Source: an uncultured Nitrospiraceae bacterium
GTDB lineage: Bacteria > Nitrospirota > Nitrospiria > Nitrospirales > Nitrospiraceae
NCBI GenBank assembly: GCA_963846575.1
Contig: CAWJWJ010000002.1
Coordinates: forward strand, 704,001-768,000
Length of the DNA stretch: 64,000 nt
Direction: 5' to 3'
The position numbers and the translations under genes were made by a program. A model generated the notes under the pieces. It had not been told where the DNA came from and did no database searches. It was given only the letters and a program-made list of their open reading frames with translations. Below are positions 58,243 to 64,000 of this stretch, in pieces. Position 1 is the stretch's first letter; every line of letters starts with the position of its first letter.

Positions 58243-59028
58243 TTAGGAGGAGACGCTGCTCAACACGCGGCCGAAACGGCGTTCACGCCGCTGGTATTCA
58301 ATCAACGCGACTAATGTTTCGCGCCGACGGAAATCCGGCCACAATGTCGGGGTGAAGTAGAGTTCCGTATAGGCCAACTGCCACAGCAGAAAGTTGCTGA
58401 TACGGGTCTCCCCGCTGGTGCGGATTAAAAGGTCCGGGTCCGGAAGGGCATGTGTATACAAGGCTTGTTGGACTGCCTGTTCATCGATCTGGTTCACGGA
58501 GAGTCGTCCGTCCTGCACCGCGCGGGCGAGATCCCTGGCCGCATCGACCAGTTCTGTACGGCCACCGTAGCTGAGCGCGACGTTCAGAATCATTTTGCCG
58601 AGATGGGCGGTTTCCTGCTCGGTAGTTCGAACCCACTGCAAAGCGGTCGGCGGAAGCGAGGACACCCTGCCTATTGTTTGGAATCGCACTCCCTTCTCGA
58701 TCAGACTCGAACGTTCAGTGGACAGGTAGTGTTCAAGCAGGCTCATGAGGGCCTTGATTTCCTGTGCCGGCCGATTCCAGTTCTCTTGCGAAAACGCGTA
58801 GATCGTCAGGATTTTGATGCCTAGCTCAAGCGAGAGCGAGATTAGTTCGCGGACGGATTTTATCCCCTCCTGGTGGCCGGCTATACGCGGTAGCCCGCGT
58901 AACTCCGCCCATCGACCATTGCCATCCATGATTACGGCCAGATGTTTCGGCAGGAGGTCTGGTTCGAGTTGCGAGAGCAGGTCAGAGTCAGGGATAGGCT
59001 CGATATCGCGTGATCGAGAATCATTCAT
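58243..59028 (-). CDS. uppS: undecaprenyl diphosphate synthase
   Basis: IMDGNGRWA, YAFSQENW.R, LSYGGR, IRTSGE.R.SNFLLWQ. Confidence 0.96.
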   Translation of the reverse strand: MNDSRSRDIEPIPDSDLLSQLEPDLLPKHLAVIMDGNGRWAELRGLPRIAGHQEGIKSVRELISLSLELGIKILTIYAFSQENWNRPAQEIKALMSLLEHYLSTERSSLIEKGVRFQTIGRVSSLPPTALQWVRTTEQETAHLGKMILNVALSYGGRTELVDAARDLARAVQDGRLSVNQIDEQAVQQALYTHALPDPDLLIRTSGETRISNFLLWQLAYTELYFTPTLWPDFRRRETLVALIEYQRRERRFGRVLSSVSS

Positions 59029-59220
59029 GGAGCGGCGTCTACACCTTTGTTTATCCGTGGTGGACCTCCGAGAAGGCAAGGCGAGTCTATCCGTGAGGTA
59101 TGGCAATGTCAAACAATTTTTCCCAAATTCGCTGTATTTGCAGATGGTTCGAGGGCCTTTGCATTGCGCCTGCTGAAAAGAGTGCGTTATACTCAGCGAC
59201 TGTACAGGAGGAGTATCTTT

Positions 59221-60657
59221 ATGGCTAAGGACGAGGCCGGAGCGCTGGCACGTTTCGGGGTGACCGATCGAGAGATCGAGCAGGCGCTGGGGCGGGTCAA
59301 GGTATCGACGGTCGATTATGCCGACTTATATTTTGAATATTGTCAGTCGGAATCGGTTTCCATGGAAGAGGGAATCGTCAAGCGCGCGACCAAAAGTATC
59401 GGGCAGGGGGTCGGTGTTCGTGCGACCGTCGGTGAAAAGACGGGATTTGCATACTCCGACGAACTGACACCTACCGATTTGAACATCGCAGCTGAGACGG
59501 CAAGATATATCGCCGATTCCGGCCATGGCACCTCTCCGGTGTCCGTGACTCATCGTCCGACCCTGGCACAGAACCTCTATCCCCACGACCGCACCGATAT
59601 CGAGGTGGCGACTCGCGATCGCGTCACGTTGCTCAATGACATCGACGCCGAAGCACGTCGGTACGATCCCCGGATCAAAAATGTCATGGCCGCTTACAAT
59701 ACTGAGTACAAAGTCATGCTGGTCGCGACCTCGGACGGCCTGATGGTGGGGGATATCCAGCCCCTGTCTCGGCTTCAGGTGACGTGTATTGCCGAGGAAA
59801 ACGGCAATCGCCAGGTTGGTACGTTCGGCGGTGGCGGCCGCATTGGACTGGAATATTTTCAGAAGGATCAGCGATACCTCCAGTTCGCCAAAGAAGCGGC
59901 TCGGGAAGCGATCCTCAATCTCAGTGCTGTCGATGCCCCCGCCGGGGTTATGCCAGTCGTGCTCGGCGGGGGATGGCCTGGAATTTTGCTGCATGAAGCC
60001 ATCGGGCACGGTCTCGAGGCGGACTTTAATCGAAAAAAGACCTCGGCCTTCTCCAATCTTCTCGGAAAAAAAGTAGCCTCGGAAGTCTGCACGATCGTGG
60101 ATGACGGAACGCTTCCCTTCCGCCGTGGGTCGCTGAACGTCGATGACGAAGGCACGCCCACCAGCCGCACGGTCCTGATCGAGCGGGGGATCTTGCGCGG
60201 TTACATTACGGATAAACTGAATGCGCGTCTGATGGGTATTCCCGTGACTGGAAACGGTCGCCGGGAGAGTTACCAGAGCGTGGTGCTGCCGCGAATGACC
60301 AATACGTTCATGCTGGCCGGCGAGTCCGATCCACAAGACATTATCAAGTCGGTGAAGAAGGGGCTCTACGCGGTGTCGTTCGGGGGCGGGCAAGTGGATA
60401 TCACCAACGGAAAATTTGTCTTCTCAGCCAGTGAGGCCTACCTCATCGAGGATGGACAGATTACGAAGCCGGTGAAGGGTGCGACGCTGATCGGCAGCGG
60501 GCCGGATATTTTGAAACAGGTCTCCATGGTCGGATACGATTTGAAGCTGGATGAAGGCATCGGGACTTGCGGAAAGGAAGGGCAGTCGGTCCCAGTCGGC
60601 GTTGGTCTCCCGACTATCCGCATCGATGAAATCACTGTCGGCGGAACGAAGGCATAA
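59221..60657 (+). CDS. tldD: metalloprotease TldD
   Basis: HEAIGHGLE.D, DDEG, GNGRRESY, PRMTNT, CGKEGQ.VPV; AGGAGG RBS. Confidence 0.95.
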   Translation: MAKDEAGALARFGVTDREIEQALGRVKVSTVDYADLYFEYCQSESVSMEEGIVKRATKSIGQGVGVRATVGEKTGFAYSDELTPTDLNIAAETARYIADSGHGTSPVSVTHRPTLAQNLYPHDRTDIEVATRDRVTLLNDIDAEARRYDPRIKNVMAAYNTEYKVMLVATSDGLMVGDIQPLSRLQVTCIAEENGNRQVGTFGGGGRIGLEYFQKDQRYLQFAKEAAREAILNLSAVDAPAGVMPVVLGGGWPGILLHEAIGHGLEADFNRKKTSAFSNLLGKKVASEVCTIVDDGTLPFRRGSLNVDDEGTPTSRTVLIERGILRGYITDKLNARLMGIPVTGNGRRESYQSVVLPRMTNTFMLAGESDPQDIIKSVKKGLYAVSFGGGQVDITNGKFVFSASEAYLIEDGQITKPVKGATLIGSGPDILKQVSMVGYDLKLDEGIGTCGKEGQSVPVGVGLPTIRIDEITVGGTKA

Positions 60658-60659
60658 CC

Positions 60660-62018
60660 ATGACACGCGTGGTGGGTGAACAGGACTATTCGAATCTCGC
60701 GCAGGATCTTCTCGCGAGAGCAGCCAAACAAGGGGCGACCGGGGCGGATGTGATGGTGGCCGACGGAGAGACGTTGTCGGTGCAAGTCAGGGTGGGGGCG
60801 GTTGACCGATTGACGAAGGCACGTGAGAAGCGCCTCGGACTGCGGGTCTTCTTCGGTCAGCGATCGGCGAGCGCGTCCACGTCTGATTTTTCCCGTGATT
60901 CTTTGGAGCGGTTCGTCGGCGAAACCTGTTCGTTGGCGCAGGCGGTGATCGAAGACCCGGTCTCCGGCCTGCCTGAGCCGGGAGCGTACGCAACCGAGTT
61001 TCCAGAGCTCAACATTTACGATCCCACGAAGTTGCAGACCGACCAGCAGATTGATCTTGCGATGCGTGCTGAACGTGCCGCCTTTGCCGCCGATTCCCGC
61101 GTGACCAATTCGGAGGGCGCGGAGTGCGACTCGTCATCCGGTCGAATTGTTCTCGCCAACAGTCACGGTTTCCTTGGTAACTATGCCAACAGTAGTTTTT
61201 CGCTCTCCGTGTCTCCCATCGCCTCGGACGCCGCTGGGATGCAGCGCGACTACTGGTATGGCGTCGATCGGTCGTTTGCGAAACTGGAGAGTCCGGAATC
61301 GATCGGGCAAGAAGCCACGAGACGCACGGTGCGGAAACTCGGCGCCCGAAAGGTTCCCACCTGCAGCGCGCCGGTAGTGTTCGATCCTGAAGTGGCAGGA
61401 GGTTTACTCGGCCATCTCTGCAGCGCCCTTTCCGGGTATGCCCTTTACAAGGGGGCCTCATTTCTTATTGGACAGCTGGGCAACCAAATTGCTCCTGATT
61501 TCGTGACTATTTACGATGACGGTCTCATGCCGGGAGGGCTGGGCACGCGCCCATTTGATGGCGAGGGATTGCCGACGAGAAAGCAGGCCGTCGTGGAGCG
61601 CGGTCGATTGAAAAGCTACCTGCTCGATACTTATTCAGGTAGGAAGCTGGGTTTAGCTTCTACCGGGAATGCGGCGCGCAGTATCGGTGAAAGTCCGTCG
61701 GCTGGACCGACGAATTTTTACATGGTGCCCGGGACCACCTCACCGGAAGCGATCCTGGCGTCGGTCAAAAAAGGCCTTTACGTGACCGACCTCATCGGCT
61801 TCGGCATCAATATGGTGACCGGCGACTATTCGCGCGGGGCGAGTGGATTCTGGATCGAAAACGGTGAACTGGCCTACCCGGTAGAAGAGATCACTATTGC
61901 GGGCAATCTCAAGCAGATGTATGGGAACATCGACACGATCGGGACCGACTTGGTGTTTCGCGGCCGTATAGCCTGTCCAACCGTGAAGCTGGCCGAGATG
62001 ACCATCGCCGGACAATAG
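60660..62018 (+). CDS. pmbA: TldE/PmbA protein
   Basis: MQRDYWY, FDGEG, STGNA, VTGDYSRGASG, EITIAGNL; lacks HExxH. Confidence 0.93.
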   Translation: MTRVVGEQDYSNLAQDLLARAAKQGATGADVMVADGETLSVQVRVGAVDRLTKAREKRLGLRVFFGQRSASASTSDFSRDSLERFVGETCSLAQAVIEDPVSGLPEPGAYATEFPELNIYDPTKLQTDQQIDLAMRAERAAFAADSRVTNSEGAECDSSSGRIVLANSHGFLGNYANSSFSLSVSPIASDAAGMQRDYWYGVDRSFAKLESPESIGQEATRRTVRKLGARKVPTCSAPVVFDPEVAGGLLGHLCSALSGYALYKGASFLIGQLGNQIAPDFVTIYDDGLMPGGLGTRPFDGEGLPTRKQAVVERGRLKSYLLDTYSGRKLGLASTGNAARSIGESPSAGPTNFYMVPGTTSPEAILASVKKGLYVTDLIGFGINMVTGDYSRGASGFWIENGELAYPVEEITIAGNLKQMYGNIDTIGTDLVFRGRIACPTVKLAEMTIAGQ

Positions 62019-62259
62019 AGCTGCCTTCGTCGATCATGACTGAGTTTCGCGAAACAATGGGACGATATATCCGCGTGGTTCCCGTTTGTTCTGGATAGCA
62101 GGACAGGTCTCGACAGCAGCGGAAGGAAAGATGCTCGGGTACAGATGCGGGAGTGTTCTCATCGGTATCTGGTGCGACGGTCTCCGAGATCGAGGTTTGA
62201 ACGAAAGTAACGTCTGGAGTTGAGGGAGTTTCACACAGCGGACACAATCGAGAGGCACC

Positions 62260-62715
62260 ATGGCACTTGATGCAGATTTCGGCAGAACGATGCTCCAATT
62301 AATTACCTCGCGGTACGACGATCGCCATTGGAGAAAAAAAATCGAGAAGACGCTTAGCCTTCCTCATAGCGGGGTAGGCGATGCGAAACAGCAACAGGTG
62401 TTTATGTACCTGAAGTTGGAGCTCAAGGCATACAAATCGCGGCGGGCGGATCCTGACTCGTGGATCTTAGGCGGATATGCCACGAAGGAAGTGATCGATC
62501 GGGCGAAATTCCAGCCTAAGCTTCTTGGAGAAGGGCTTTCATCAGAGGATGTGTCCTTCCTGGGCGTTGATCCAGGACCAGAAATCGATGAGGCCTGGTG
62601 GGATGAGATGCTGGTGGCCTGGTTCGGAGCCCCAGAAGAGGAGGAACAGCCTGAAGCCAGCACGGACGAGACTCCTGCCCCAACCGACTCCGATAAAAAC
62701 CCCGCACGTATCTGA
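62260..62715 (+). CDS. hypothetical protein with acidic C-tail
   Basis: GAGG RBS, clean 151-aa ORF. Confidence 0.75.
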   Translation: MALDADFGRTMLQLITSRYDDRHWRKKIEKTLSLPHSGVGDAKQQQVFMYLKLELKAYKSRRADPDSWILGGYATKEVIDRAKFQPKLLGEGLSSEDVSFLGVDPGPEIDEAWWDEMLVAWFGAPEEEEQPEASTDETPAPTDSDKNPARI

Positions 62716-62728
62716 ATAGGCGGCTCCT

Positions 62729-62771
62729 TCGATCTGGCTGAGCTCGCTCAGGAGTCAAGCGGCCAGATCGA
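62729..62771. terminator. hairpin between convergent genes
   Basis: TCGATCTGGC ... GCCAGATCGA inverted repeat. Confidence 0.4.
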
Positions 62772-62782
62772 CGGTGGCTCCA

Positions 62783-63454
62783 CTAGGACCCGAATAAATC
62801 CATCTGTTGTGCTAACGAGGCAGGCGGCTCGCTTTGCGGCGCCGGGGTTGCGCTCGTCGCCGAGTTCTGTGGTGTCGCGGGGGTCTGGTTGTGCCGGTCA
62901 AGAAATTCCCTGAGCTTATGGAAATCTTCCCGCAATGGTTCCAGGAGGTTCGCTTGATGCAACGCGGCAGCGGGATGAAGCAGGGGAAAGAGCACGAACT
63001 CCTTCAGATAGAAGGCTTGCCCCCGCACCCTCGAGATGCCAACCTTCCGTTCCAGCAGAGTCTGTGTTGCCCAGTTGCCTAACGAACACACCAGTGTGGG
63101 TTTGATCGCGGCGATTTGTTGCAAGAGAAACGGTTTGCACGTCTCCACTTCCTGTGGATCGGGATCGCGGTTGTTCGGCGGTCGGCATTTGATGACATTG
63201 GCAATGTACACATCGGCACGCGACAGTCCGGCCGACTGCAATAATTCGTTGAGCAGTTGCCCCGCCGCGCCGACGAATGGTTCTCCCTTTTGATCTTCAT
63301 GAAAGCCGGGGGCTTCCCCCACGAACATGACCGATGCGCGAGGATTCCCGACGCCGAAGACCACCTGCCTGCGGCCCAGTTTGGCAAGCGGGCATCGCTG
63401 ACAATCGTGGAGCGAGTCGGAAAGTTCCTTGAGTGTAGTGAGGGGCTGAAACAT
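62783..63454 (-). CDS. udg: uracil-DNA glycosylase family 4 ([4Fe-4S])
   Basis: C..C.L, GEAPG, PFVG.AG, KCRPP.NR, C, HPAA. Confidence 0.93.
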   Translation of the reverse strand: MFQPLTTLKELSDSLHDCQRCPLAKLGRRQVVFGVGNPRASVMFVGEAPGFHEDQKGEPFVGAAGQLLNELLQSAGLSRADVYIANVIKCRPPNNRDPDPQEVETCKPFLLQQIAAIKPTLVCSLGNWATQTLLERKVGISRVRGQAFYLKEFVLFPLLHPAAALHQANLLEPLREDFHKLREFLDRHNQTPATPQNSATSATPAPQSEPPASLAQQMDLFGS

Positions 63455-63574
63455 GAGAGGTACGGTTCAGATTGAATGTGGAATCTTAGTCGCGGGTCAA
63501 GACCTTGTCAATGTCGCGGTAAGTGATCGTGATGTGGAGGGTCGAGGCGGCGGAGAGTCTTGCGCAGTCGGCGA

Positions 63575-64000
63575 TTATGCGGGGATGGCCTCGCCGCACC
63601 GTTGGCCACTGAGAATGGCGGACTCCAGGTTGGCCGGCCAGCCGGTATCGGTCCAATCGCCAGCCACCAAAAAATTGTGGAACGGGCTTCTCGGCAGCGG
63701 CCGACATTGTTGTGTCGCCGGTTTGGGTGTGAGATAGGCCTGGGGCTGTCGCATGACACCCGCTTCGATCAGGCGAGGGGCTGAGGGGGCGGGAAAGGCC
63801 GACTCTATATCTTTCAAGGCAAGATGGATCAGGGCGTCATTCGATTGCGCCATGAGTTCCGGAGCGTCCACGGCGAGGGCCCAGACCACGGAGGCCTGCT
63901 GGTGCCGTTCCCCATCCGGATGTCGGATCATGTAATGAAAGGAGTGTTGCTCAAGGAGCACAAGTTGTGTGTGGGTGACCTCCTGGTTGAGGTGCAGGCA
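63575..64000 (-). CDS. hpnE: HpnE-like hydroxysqualene dehydroxylase / FAD oxidoreductase, C-terminal part (truncated by window edge)
   Basis: AGDWTDTGWPANLESAILSG C-terminal motif; frame open to the window end. Confidence 0.68.
   Translation of the reverse strand, partial: CLHLNQEVTHTQLVLLEQHSFHYMIRHPDGERHQQASVVWALAVDAPELMAQSNDALIHLALKDIESAFPAPSAPRLIEAGVMRQPQAYLTPKPATQQCRPLPRSPFHNFLVAGDWTDTGWPANLESAILSGQRCGEAIPA

Noticed and set aside
59326..60393. 355-aa minus-strand ORF, and similar long antisense ORFs (13358-14263, 21508-22293, 25524-26267, 31029-31748)
   Set aside because: Shadow ORFs opposite well-supported genes, expected in GC-rich DNA; no recognisable motifs.

Overview
Bacterial chromosomal window of moderately high GC. 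The gene content points to a Nitrospira-like (Nitrospirota) organism; this taxonomy is an inference from the 2-oxoacid:ferredoxin oxidoreductase subunits, alginate-export-type porin, stand-alone PilZ proteins, GAF-PilB and hopanoid gene. In order, the window holds: the end of a POR/OGOR operon (alpha plus two tandem beta subunits); small stress genes; a TPR/beta-barrel and FecR-domain divergent pair; a DEAD-box helicase locus with small basic proteins; a sigma54-linked module (secreted protein, porin, GAF-AAA+ activator); an 11.4 kb trehalose/alpha-glucan operon; a GT2-GtrA/GT-C glycosylation pair; mltC; mlaC; a multi-step signalling cluster; arfB; an RRM protein; a desaturase; PilZ genes around lpxL; an mlaE/F/D-TPR operon; GAF-PilB; uppS-cdsA-dxr-rseP-proS; tldD-pmbA; UDG; and a partial hpnE. 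I saw no rRNA, tRNA, CRISPR array, integrase or IS. The most notable signals are three: a 62-aa gene missing from the ORF track that can only start at a non-canonical ATC, a 16-bp anti-Shine-Dalgarno stem over the helicase start, and two apparently catalytically degenerate enzymes inside intact operons. All family assignments come from motif recognition, not database searches.
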